DNA of 64,000 bases from the NCBI GenBank assembly GCA_963668025.2, contig CAXXTH010000010.1, positions 1,344,001 to 1,408,000 of the forward strand. The letters run 5' to 3'. Source of the stretch: Candidatus Hydrogenedentota bacterium. Lineage in GTDB: Bacteria > Hydrogenedentota > Hydrogenedentia > Hydrogenedentales > SLHB01. A program made the translations under genes and the position numbers. Below, in pieces: positions 52,696 through 61,797 of this stretch (positions are counted from its first letter, which is position 1; each line of letters opens with the position of its first letter). The notes under the pieces were generated by a model. It saw only the letters and a list, made by a program, of their open reading frames with translations. It was not told where the DNA came from and did not search any database.

Positions 52696-53514
52696 CTATC
52701 GCGTCATCATGGCGCGCACCAACGGCATGAACAGGCAGTCCGGCAACAGTTTGCGGAAGAAAAGAAGCGGAGCAGCATAACCGCCTGCAGGATAGCGCAG
52801 GCGCCAGGAGCCATCGGTGGCGGCGTGGTAAATCACTTGTGCAGTGCGCTCCGGCGGCGCTCCCATTTGCTCCACGGATGCCTGCATGCCCTTCATGACG
52901 CGTTCCGTGAAGGCGTCATACGCGGCGACGCCGGAGGGTTCCGGCGCGTCCATCGAGCGGGTGTAGAAGTCCGTCTTGATAGGCCCGGGCTCGATGACTT
53001 TGACGCGGATATTGAGGGGCCGCAGTTCGTACGACAAGGCTTCCGAAAATCCTTCAACGGCCCACTTGGTGGAATTGTAAAAACTCCCGAGCGGCATGCC
53101 CATGCGGCCGGCTATGGACGCCACGTTGATGATCACGCCATGGTCTTGCCGCCGGAAATGGGGGAGTACGGCACGTGTCATATCCATGAGGCCGAACACA
53201 TTGGTTTCAAACTGGCGCTTGATCTGCTCGCGCGAGGCAGGTTCGAGGAGGCCCATCAAGGCGTATCCCGCGTTATTCACCAACACATCCACCGACCCGA
53301 AGGCGTCTAGAGCCGCTTGGACCCCGGAGCCGATGCTGTCCAAGTCCGTCACATCGAGGGGTATCAGACGGATATTGTTTATTGCAAGTTCATCCGAAGC
53401 TTTTTCTGGTGTGCGCATAGTGGCCGCCACATTCCAGCCATGTTGCGCGAATAATAACGCCGCTGAACGGCCAATGCCCGTAGAAGCGCCCGTAATCAAT
53501 ACTGTTTTCGCCAT
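52696..53514 (-). CDS. Classical SDR oxidoreductase
   Basis: TGASTGIG, NNAG, YNSTK and EPG; start MAKTV after AAGGAG. Confidence 0.92.
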   Translation of the reverse strand: MAKTVLITGASTGIGRSAALLFAQHGWNVAATMRTPEKASDELAINNIRLIPLDVTDLDSIGSGVQAALDAFGSVDVLVNNAGYALMGLLEPASREQIKRQFETNVFGLMDMTRAVLPHFRRQDHGVIINVASIAGRMGMPLGSFYNSTKWAVEGFSEALSYELRPLNIRVKVIEPGPIKTDFYTRSMDAPEPSGVAAYDAFTERVMKGMQASVEQMGAPPERTAQVIYHAATDGSWRLRYPAGGYAAPLLFFRKLLPDCLFMPLVRAMMTR

Positions 53515-53631
53515 CGAGAATACTCCTTTCGCTATCAGAACAGGGCCAAGCAGTTTGCCTGCCTCTTGCCGAAACATGATCCATTTTAAGGTCTGGCGCG
53601 TCATACTATATGACAGGATGAAGGAGGAACA

Positions 53632-54222
53632 ATGGTCCAGCAAGAGTTGCATGTCTCCAGAATGGAGAACCTGTGGCATATGCAGGCAGAACCGGCGCAT
53701 TTTTCGTGGCCCAGCAATGACAGTGAGTTCCGGACGCTGTTGGAAGCCATGAGCAGCCGACTTGTATGGCATGCCTTTCGCAGGCTTCGCTCACACAGCG
53801 ATGCGGAAGATGTGGTTCAAGATGTGTTTTTGCGGGTCTACTCCTCTCTGGGCAAAGCCCCGGCTGTAAAAAGCATGCAAGCGTATTTGTATCGTATGAC
53901 AACGAACGCTTGCATTGACTTCCTGCGGAAGCGCGACCGGCGGGGCGTTCCTATGCAACTACATTTGGCGCACGAGGTCACTGATGATCGGCCCACGCCA
54001 CGAGAGATCATGCTCGCGCTTGAAGAGACCGAGCGTCTCGAAGGCTGGCTCCGCCGGATTCCCCGCCGCCAAGCTGAGATCATTCGTCTTCACCTGTACG
54101 ATGAACTGTGTTTTTCCGATGCGGCGGATGTTGTGGGGTGTTCGGCCGGCACCGCCAAGTCGCGATTCCGCAACGGGATGCACAAACTCAAGCGCCTGAT
54201 GGACAAGGAGAGCCCCTCATGA
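53632..54222 (+). CDS. ECF RNA polymerase sigma factor
   Basis: DAEDVVQDVF, YLYRMTTNACIDFLRK and GTAKSR. Start uncertain. Confidence 0.9.
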   Translation: MVQQELHVSRMENLWHMQAEPAHFSWPSNDSEFRTLLEAMSSRLVWHAFRRLRSHSDAEDVVQDVFLRVYSSLGKAPAVKSMQAYLYRMTTNACIDFLRKRDRRGVPMQLHLAHEVTDDRPTPREIMLALEETERLEGWLRRIPRRQAEIIRLHLYDELCFSDAADVVGCSAGTAKSRFRNGMHKLKRLMDKESPS

Positions 54223-55571
54223 AATGCAAAATCGTCCGCGAGGCCATTCTAAGGTCTTTTGACGCGGAAGAACCAGGGAGCCTCCACGAAACAATACGGC
54301 AGCACGTGGAGACATGCCTGGCTTGCCGAACGGAATGGAAAATTCTAAATGAAACCCGGGAAGCACTCGAGCCGCATCATCGGCTGGGCGCGTCGCCTGG
54401 ATTCAAGGAGCGTGTTATGAAAGCAACGCAACAATTGAACATACGGGAAATGTCGGCGGCTTCGAAGGCCCGGCCTGTAGGTAGAATGATGTTGGCGGCC
54501 GCGATGGCGGTGCTGCTCATTCTGGGCGGTTCGTTCTTAGCCTGGCATGCGACAAAAGGAAACGATCAGTCCGCCATGACATTCAAGCTGTTGCAGCAAG
54601 CTTCCGCCGCCATGAAGGGGCTCTCGACCATGCACATCGAAGCCCTGATGCGGACATCGCCCACGGACAACTTTGAACGCGTGGAACTCAATCATGACCC
54701 TATTCGACTCGATATCTGGAAAGAATTCAGCGATCCGCCGAAATGGCGTTTCGAGAAAGCAGGCCGTACCGTGGTAATGGATGGCGCTAAGCAAACGCTG
54801 CTTATCAACACGGCTGATGCAAAATATGTTTCGGTTGGGGAGGAAACGACGGGATATGTGGAATGGCTGATGCGGCTGCTTGAGCCTGAAGAGCTTTTGA
54901 ATCTGGAACTCGAACTCGCACAAAACCAGCCGGGCGCCAAAGCCAGCATGGTGGAATTGCCCAATGCGAACGGTAAAAAGGAGCTTGTTGTTACTATCGA
55001 AGCCAAAGCCGAAGGACAATTTCCAAACGATTGGCTTAAAAATAGCTCGATCCAGGAATCGGACAACCGGCGCGTCTATCGTTTCGACGCGGAGACCTCG
55101 CGGCTGTTGGGGCTCGAAGTCTGGGTGCTCACTCCCCAAGGCCCCATATCCGTCCTCAAGACGGAGAGCATCACCTTCAACGAGCCTATTGCTCCCGAGC
55201 GGTTTGTGGCGGAGATCCCGGCGGATGCCATTCGATTCAAAGAGGTGCAAATCCTTCAGAACAACGAGGCTTACGCCGCCATGGGGCCTGCCGAAATGGT
55301 GCGCGCATTTATACAGTCGTGCAGCGCAGGTGGCTGGAATGAGGCGTTGAAATACACCATGCAAGACGCGTTCACCCAGGAGTTCATGGAGCACGTGCAA
55401 GGAATGGAGCTATTGGAGGTCGGAGAGCCTTTTCAGGCCGGAGTGTATGGGGGCTGGTTCGTGCCCTATCGAGCCCGCTATCGCGATGGACATGAAAAAC
55501 AAGGCCGGCTTGCCGTGCGAAACGATAATGCCGCAAAACGTTATGTTTGGGATGGCGGAGACTTGTATTAA
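54219..55571 (+). CDS. Zinc-finger anti-sigma factor with TM helix and LolA/RseB-like periplasmic domain
   Basis: ATGA overlap with the sigma gene; C...HVETCLAC (HxxxCxxC); TM helix; FNEPIAPERF...IP motif. Confidence 0.8.
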   Translation: MKCKIVREAILRSFDAEEPGSLHETIRQHVETCLACRTEWKILNETREALEPHHRLGASPGFKERVMKATQQLNIREMSAASKARPVGRMMLAAAMAVLLILGGSFLAWHATKGNDQSAMTFKLLQQASAAMKGLSTMHIEALMRTSPTDNFERVELNHDPIRLDIWKEFSDPPKWRFEKAGRTVVMDGAKQTLLINTADAKYVSVGEETTGYVEWLMRLLEPEELLNLELELAQNQPGAKASMVELPNANGKKELVVTIEAKAEGQFPNDWLKNSSIQESDNRRVYRFDAETSRLLGLEVWVLTPQGPISVLKTESITFNEPIAPERFVAEIPADAIRFKEVQILQNNEAYAAMGPAEMVRAFIQSCSAGGWNEALKYTMQDAFTQEFMEHVQGMELLEVGEPFQAGVYGGWFVPYRARYRDGHEKQGRLAVRNDNAAKRYVWDGGDLY

Positions 55572-55637
55572 TCTGAACACAGTTTGGCAAGCGGCATGAT
55601 GTATGGAGCTTGCACACCTACAAACCTATACGCACCT

Positions 55638-55684
55638 ACCGCGATGCAGACATGGTGCATGATGTCTGCATTGCGGTTTTGTTT
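55638..55684 (+). terminator. Probable intrinsic terminator
   Basis: 16-bp stem accgcgatgcagacat/atgtctgcattgcggt followed by a T-rich run. Confidence 0.6.
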
Positions 55685-55820
55685 GCCCGGTTATTTGGCT
55701 TGGACCCAAACTGCTCGCCGCAAAGAACGGTCTTGATACGTTTTTCTCAGCCAATTCGGATTTCTACTTCCGCGATGATATACTTGCGCTTCAAATATCA
55801 GCGGATGGGAATACACGCGC

Positions 55821-57266
55821 ATGAAGCTTTTTCTCTCGAATACGGTGTCGCTCGAACGGTTCAATTGCATTCCCGATCTCGGAGTGGGCTATCTATTATC
55901 CATTGCTCGAAACGCCGGGCATGAAGTCCGTTTTCTCGATTGTCTGCGTGAGCATATCACGTATGACCAGTTCGCCGAAGCGGTGCGTGCGTTTCAGCCG
56001 CGTGTGGCGGGTGTAAAAGTGTATTCCGGCGATTTAGGCCCCGCACGTGAAATGCTTGCGCGCATCAAGGCCTTGTCGCCCGATATCTTAACGGTCATCG
56101 GCGGGCCGCATCCCAGCACGGAGCTTCCTGAACTCCTTTTCGAGCAGTTTCCTGAACTCGATTTCGCTTTCGCGGGGGAGGCTGAACCTGGATTTTCCCG
56201 TTTTCTTGAGAAAATCGAGTCCGGCGCCACGGATTTCTCTGATGTGCAAGGCCTTGTGTGGAAAGACGCTTCAGGCGGCGTGCATGCCAATGAGAAGGCC
56301 TTCGTGGCCGAGCTTGACGCGCTTCCTTTCCCCGCATGGGATCTGATGGACCCGCGTGGTTATCCCTGGGGATACTCGTTCATGACGTATAAATACCCCG
56401 CCGCGCCCATGGTACTCACGCGGGGTTGTCCCTTCAATTGCACGTTTTGCGGCTCCCATCTCATCACGGGCCGCTCCGTGCGCAAGCGCGGCATCGACAA
56501 CATTATCGAGGAAATCCGCATGCTCCAGCGCGAGTATGGCGTGAAATCCATTGATATCTGCGACGAGAATTTTGTGTATGACAATGCGTACGCCACGGAA
56601 TTTTGCGAACGCATGATCCGTGAAAACCTGGGCGTCGAGTGGAACTGCCCCTATGGCGTTCGCCTCGACAAACTCAACGAGAACCTCGTGCGCCTCATGG
56701 AACGCGCCGGGTGCTATGGCTTCTCCGTGGGCGTCGAGAGCGGGTCCGACCGCATTCTGCACGCCATCAAGAAGTGCTTGAGCGTCGAGGAAGTGCGCGA
56801 GCAGATGCGTATGATCAAGCGCGCCAGCCGCATCATGGTGCAGGGGTATTTTATCATCGGATTCCCCACGGAGACGAAGGAGGAAATCGAGGCCACCATC
56901 GGCCTTGCCTGTTCGTTGCCTTTTGACATCGCCGCTTTCCACCCTTTGCGTGTCACGCCTGGCACGGAGATCTATCAAAACCTCGTGGCGGCGGGATTTT
57001 TGCAGAAGCGCATGGACTATGGCGGCCTTGGGAATCATTATTTCGTGCGCAGTTATTGCCCTGTGTCCGATGAGGAAATGCGCGCCCTCTACCGCAAGGC
57101 TTATCTGAGGTTTTATGGCCGTCCGAAGGTCATCTGGAACCTGCTGCGCCACACGCGCTCGAAGGCCCAATGGCGGACGATTCTTAATGGCGTGGGGCGG
57201 CTTCTTGCCAAACCGGTGGCGATGTTCGATCCGCGCAAGAAACGCTCGGCCAGCTCCGCCAACTAA
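55821..57266 (+). CDS. Cobalamin-binding radical SAM protein
   Basis: N-terminal B12 domain (IGGPHPS, GEAE), TRGCPFNCTFC, GVESGS and FIIGFP.ET. Confidence 0.92.
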   Translation: MKLFLSNTVSLERFNCIPDLGVGYLLSIARNAGHEVRFLDCLREHITYDQFAEAVRAFQPRVAGVKVYSGDLGPAREMLARIKALSPDILTVIGGPHPSTELPELLFEQFPELDFAFAGEAEPGFSRFLEKIESGATDFSDVQGLVWKDASGGVHANEKAFVAELDALPFPAWDLMDPRGYPWGYSFMTYKYPAAPMVLTRGCPFNCTFCGSHLITGRSVRKRGIDNIIEEIRMLQREYGVKSIDICDENFVYDNAYATEFCERMIRENLGVEWNCPYGVRLDKLNENLVRLMERAGCYGFSVGVESGSDRILHAIKKCLSVEEVREQMRMIKRASRIMVQGYFIIGFPTETKEEIEATIGLACSLPFDIAAFHPLRVTPGTEIYQNLVAAGFLQKRMDYGGLGNHYFVRSYCPVSDEEMRALYRKAYLRFYGRPKVIWNLLRHTRSKAQWRTILNGVGRLLAKPVAMFDPRKKRSASSAN

Positions 57267-57276
57267 GGCAAAACGC

Positions 57277-58323
57277 TTAATCGAGCGCGAAGCCCAGTTC
57301 TTGCGCCACCAATTCGCGGTGTTCTTGCACCCATGCCACGAGCGACCCGAGCCCTTCACGCACGCCGATGCGGGGTTCCCAGCCTAATTCCTGGTGGGCC
57401 TTCTTGATGGAGGACACATAGACCGGCTGATCGCCGGGACGCCACATATTATAAGTGACGGGAATAGACCGGCCCAGCGCCTCCTCGAGCATCGGACCAA
57501 ATTCCGCCCAGATGGACAGCGTGGAATCCGGCCCGCCGCCTACGTTATACACTTGGCCTCGGGCGGTTTCGATGCGCTCCACTGCGATGCGATACAAGCG
57601 CACCAGGTCATCGACATGCAACACATCGCGCACCTGCTTGCCGTCGCCATAAATCGCAATGGGCCGCTCGAAGAGCGCCGCTATCGCGAACCATGCCAGC
57701 CAGCCTTGATCCTCGATGCCGAATTGGCGCGGGCCATATATGCAGGATTGGCGGAACACCACCGTGGGCATGCCATAAATACGTGCGTAATCCCGCACAT
57801 ACTGATCGCCACAGCCCTTCGAGCAGCCATACGGTGAATGAAAATCCAGCGGCTGCCGTTCTGAAATGCCCTCAGGCAAGTCGCGGTACATCCAGCGGGT
57901 GGGGTTCTCGATGACGGCCACTTCTTCCATGCCGCCATATACTTTATTGGTGCTCGAATATAGAACAATCGGTGAAGGTTGTTGGGAGCGGCACGCCTCG
58001 AGCACATTCAGCGCGCCTAACGCATTGGCCTCGAAATCCTCGCGTGGAGCCAGAACAGATTGCGTGACGGCCACCTGCCCCGCCAAATGAATCACTACAT
58101 CAAATGGCCCATGATTCGCCCACAACCGAGCCAGATCTTCCGGTTTGCGGACATCGCCCTGTACGCAAACAGCATATCCCTGTTCTTCCAGCCAGTGCGC
58201 ATTGGCGGCACTGCCTCTCCGGCTCATGTTGTCAAAACACACCACCTGGAATCCATCCCGTGCGAATTCCGCACAAGAATGGCATCCGATAAAACCGGCC
58301 CCGCCGGTTACGCAGCATCGCAT
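57277..58323 (-). CDS. NAD-dependent sugar epimerase (CDP-paratose 2-epimerase/RfbE-like)
   Basis: TGGAGFIG, AGQVAVT, SSTNKVYG, SPYGCSK, RQSCIYG and GIEDQGW. Confidence 0.9.
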   Translation of the reverse strand: MRCCVTGGAGFIGCHSCAEFARDGFQVVCFDNMSRRGSAANAHWLEEQGYAVCVQGDVRKPEDLARLWANHGPFDVVIHLAGQVAVTQSVLAPREDFEANALGALNVLEACRSQQPSPIVLYSSTNKVYGGMEEVAVIENPTRWMYRDLPEGISERQPLDFHSPYGCSKGCGDQYVRDYARIYGMPTVVFRQSCIYGPRQFGIEDQGWLAWFAIAALFERPIAIYGDGKQVRDVLHVDDLVRLYRIAVERIETARGQVYNVGGGPDSTLSIWAEFGPMLEEALGRSIPVTYNMWRPGDQPVYVSSIKKAHQELGWEPRIGVREGLGSLVAWVQEHRELVAQELGFALD

Positions 58324-58467
58324 CAAATAGCACCTCGGCGAAATGTTTGATGACGCCGCCCCGGTTTGTTGGCGGCGTAAAAAACAACTTTCCATTTACT
58401 GCCGTCTAGCTCATGGCTAGACACCCATTTAATAATAAACATTGTTATATACGAACCTGAACTAGGC

Positions 58468-60660
58468 TTATGAGTCCACATCCTTGCTGCTGGTGGGCTG
58501 GTCCAGCACTTCACGCACCTTTCTCAGGAGAGTATCAGGCGCATAGGGCTTTTGGATGAGTTGAATGCCTTCGTGAAGGACAAAACCGGTGTGAACGGCG
58601 TTTGTGCTGTATCCGCTGGAGAAGAGAAACCGCAATTGCGGCTGTTCTGCCCGTAAGGCGTCAAAGAGCGCTTTCCCACCCAATTCGGGCATTACTACGT
58701 CCGCCAGAACCATATCGATTGGATGCTCGCTTTCCCGGAATAGGCGGAGGGCTTCCCGGCCATTAGCAGCGGTAAGAATGGTGTAGCCCGCACGTTGAAG
58801 GATTCGGGTGACAAGCGTCCGTACTGCATCGTCATCCTCGGCAAGCAGAATGGTCTCTGAACCGCCAGTGGGCCTTGAATGGAGTTTGGTGCCAATACTG
58901 GACGCCACCCGCTCTACAATGGGCAAATAAATCTTGAATGTGCTTCCCTTGTTGACTTCGCTGTAGACCTGAATCATTCCCTGATGCTGCCTTACGATGC
59001 CATAAACGGTTGCTAGTCCAAGCCCGGTGCCTTTGCCCAGTTCTTTAGTCGTAAAAAATGGCTCGAATACGCGCTCTAGCGTATGGGCATCCATTCCGAT
59101 GCCGCTGTCGGTAACGCTGAGCAGTACATGGCGGCCTGGGATAGCCCAGGAGTGGGAGGCGCAGTACGAATCATCAAAAACCACGTTTTCGGTCTCGATG
59201 GACAGAACGCCGCCTTCCGGCATCGCATCTCGCGCATTTACGCAAAGGTTCATCAGCACTTGTTCCATCTGGCCGCGATCCGCGTGGATAGTTCCCAGTT
59301 TATGCCCCGGAATGACACGCGCTTGAATGTGTTCGCCGATGACGCGCTTGACCATTTTCATCACATTTCCGATGACTTCATTGAGGTCCAAGTCTTCCAT
59401 TTTAAGAACTTGTCGGCGGCTGAACGCAAGGAGCTGGCGGGTGAGCGCGGTAGCGCGTTCGGCGCCTCTGGCAATCTCTGTGCCGAACTCGTAGCAGGCG
59501 TCATTCTCCTTCAGGCTGTCCAGGAGCATTTGGCTATATCCGATGATGGCCTGCAGGATATTATTAAAATCGTGTGCGACGCCTCCGGCGAGTTGGCCGA
59601 TCGATTCCATTTTCTGCGCTTGATGAAACTGTTGTTCCAATATCAAGCGCTCGGTAACATCCTCCACGATTTCGATGATCCCAGATATGTCACCCTGCGC
59701 ATCGAATACGGGTGATGCAACAATGCGGAAGGTCCGCTGTTTTCCTTCAATGGTGTTTTCCCGGGTAATCTCATGAACCTGGCAGTCATATAACGCCTTT
59801 ATAACGGGACACTGTGGACATGGCGCATCGAATGGCGGATTGTTGAAAACCTGATAACAGAGCGGGTTGTCGTTTCGGGGGACATTGGGAAACCACGTCA
59901 TCATTTGCCGGTTTAGCTCAATTAGCCGCATATCCTGGCCGATCAGGGTTACGCCCATGCCGACATTGTCCACGATGGTCCGGTATTTAGTTTCTGAAGC
60001 GCGTAAAGATTCTTCGGCCTTTTTGCGTTCAACGATCTCCGCCGACAGTTCCGCCGTGCGTTCCTCCACTTTTTCTTCCAGGCTTTCGTTGAGTGTGCGC
60101 AATTCTTCCTGGGTCTGGTTCAGCTCGTTGTTCCGATTGACGGCCGCTTCGTAAGTGGACAGCAATAAGGACAAAATCTGTTGTTGATCCGCGGAGATGA
60201 AGCGGCGTTTTCCCGCGAAGAATATTTCGGCTCCGATGCGGACGCGTTCGTTACTACGCAAGATGCGGTTGGCCAGAATCTGTTGGACGTGCGTCAGGAG
60301 ATAGGTGTCGTTATAGGGCTTTGTGAGGAAGGCGTCCGCACAGCACGCAAGCCCTTCAAGCACGTCATCGGGACTAGCCAGTGAGGTCAGGAGGATGACA
60401 GGGATATCGCTTGTACGTGTGTCAGACTTTATTTGATGGCAAAGCTCGTATCCGTTCATTTTTGGCATGACAATATCAGTGATGATAAGGGCGGGCGTTT
60501 CTTTGTCGAGTATGGACAGGGCCTCAAGACCGTTGCTGGCTGCTGTGACATGGTAAGCGTGTTGTTCGAGGAGATACTTCAACTGCTCGATTTGTGTTGG
60601 ACTGTCGTCCACGATCAAAATGGTTAGCGCCTCGCTGGCCTTATTTGCACGGGTGCTCAT
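58468..60660 (-). CDS. Hybrid histidine kinase (REC-PAS-HisKA-HATPase-REC)
   Basis: VDDS/DIVMP, GGVAHDFNN, NARDAM, FFTTK..GKGTGLGL and C-terminal REC. Confidence 0.93.
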   Translation of the reverse strand: MSTRANKASEALTILIVDDSPTQIEQLKYLLEQHAYHVTAASNGLEALSILDKETPALIITDIVMPKMNGYELCHQIKSDTRTSDIPVILLTSLASPDDVLEGLACCADAFLTKPYNDTYLLTHVQQILANRILRSNERVRIGAEIFFAGKRRFISADQQQILSLLLSTYEAAVNRNNELNQTQEELRTLNESLEEKVEERTAELSAEIVERKKAEESLRASETKYRTIVDNVGMGVTLIGQDMRLIELNRQMMTWFPNVPRNDNPLCYQVFNNPPFDAPCPQCPVIKALYDCQVHEITRENTIEGKQRTFRIVASPVFDAQGDISGIIEIVEDVTERLILEQQFHQAQKMESIGQLAGGVAHDFNNILQAIIGYSQMLLDSLKENDACYEFGTEIARGAERATALTRQLLAFSRRQVLKMEDLDLNEVIGNVMKMVKRVIGEHIQARVIPGHKLGTIHADRGQMEQVLMNLCVNARDAMPEGGVLSIETENVVFDDSYCASHSWAIPGRHVLLSVTDSGIGMDAHTLERVFEPFFTTKELGKGTGLGLATVYGIVRQHQGMIQVYSEVNKGSTFKIYLPIVERVASSIGTKLHSRPTGGSETILLAEDDDAVRTLVTRILQRAGYTILTAANGREALRLFRESEHPIDMVLADVVMPELGGKALFDALRAEQPQLRFLFSSGYSTNAVHTGFVLHEGIQLIQKPYAPDTLLRKVREVLDQPTSSKDVDS

Positions 60661-61723
60661 TGGATAATCCCTTTTCTTTTTTCATTAGAGAGTTCAGCAT
60701 AGCAGCTATGTGTTCCGGCGGCAACACATGCATTGCCGCATCGAGCCGCACCGCCTCGGCTGGCATGCCATACACTATGGAGCTGTCTTGATCTTGGGCA
60801 AATGTGATAGCGCCTGAATCGCGCATGAGCCGGAGCTCTTCCGCGCCATCCTTTCCCATGCCGGTGAGTAATATGCCTGCCGCTTGCGCTCCCATGAATT
60901 TGGCGGCGCTGCGAAAGAGGAAGCCGGCTGATGGCCGCAGGCCTCCTTCAGGAGGGCCATTATCCAAAAAGATGCGCGGGCCAGGCCCCAAACCGATGTG
61001 ATAGCCATCTGGGGCTATATAGGCGTGTCCGGGGCTCGGCCTCTCGTTATGATTAGCGATGCCTACGGGAAAATGGGATGTATTGGAGAGCCATTCAGCA
61101 AATCCTTGAACGAAGCCCGGTGCGATGTGCTGGACCATTATAATCGGGACAGGAAAATCCGCCGCCAAATTGGACAAGAGCTTCAGCAAAGCGGTAGGGC
61201 CGCCAGTGGATGCGCCAATCACAATGGCCTGGATGGGCATGAGCGGCATTGAAGGTTTCACCATGTTTTGCACTGGGGTGGAGTCTGGGCGCGCCATATG
61301 CGGAATGCGCCGTACGACCCTGATCTCGGACATCAATTTTACTAGCTGGATCAATTCTCTGGAGGCGGTTTCGAATAAACCATGGCTTATGCCAGGCGGG
61401 CGAAGCGTTACGGCCAGCGCACCAGCCTCGACCGCGCGGAAAGTATAGGCGACTTCAGTGGCTTGTGCGCTTCCGCTGACAATGACAATCGGTGTAGGCA
61501 TGGTCTGCATAATCTGCTTGGTGGCTTCGAATCCATCCATTTTCGGCATGTGAATATCCATGGTGATCACATCGGGGCAATATTGTTTGACAGCTTCGAG
61601 CGCCTCGATTCCATTCGCGGCGATGGCAATCACTTCGATATCCGGATCGGACGTGAGGATGTGCCTGAGATGCTCTTGCACCACCGGCGAGTCTTCTACG
61701 ATCAATGCCCTTATTTTGCGCAT
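60641..61723 (-). CDS. cheB: Chemotaxis methylesterase CheB (WspF-like)
   Basis: REC domain plus GASTGG, QHI, LTGMGKDGA and SIVYGMP. Confidence 0.93.
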   Translation of the reverse strand: MRKIRALIVEDSPVVQEHLRHILTSDPDIEVIAIAANGIEALEAVKQYCPDVITMDIHMPKMDGFEATKQIMQTMPTPIVIVSGSAQATEVAYTFRAVEAGALAVTLRPPGISHGLFETASRELIQLVKLMSEIRVVRRIPHMARPDSTPVQNMVKPSMPLMPIQAIVIGASTGGPTALLKLLSNLAADFPVPIIMVQHIAPGFVQGFAEWLSNTSHFPVGIANHNERPSPGHAYIAPDGYHIGLGPGPRIFLDNGPPEGGLRPSAGFLFRSAAKFMGAQAAGILLTGMGKDGAEELRLMRDSGAITFAQDQDSSIVYGMPAEAVRLDAAMHVLPPEHIAAMLNSLMKKEKGLSNEHPCK

Positions 61724-61797
61724 GGCTGTGATTTCCATCATTATTTCGTTCAAGTGTGGACGGCTTAATCCTATCACCCTGGTTCTTCCTGCAGTTG

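Noticed and set aside
55596-55736. 46-codon ORF upstream of the B12 radical SAM gene as a RiPP precursor
   Set aside because: No RBS, it runs through a terminator-like hairpin, and it shows no leader/core pattern.
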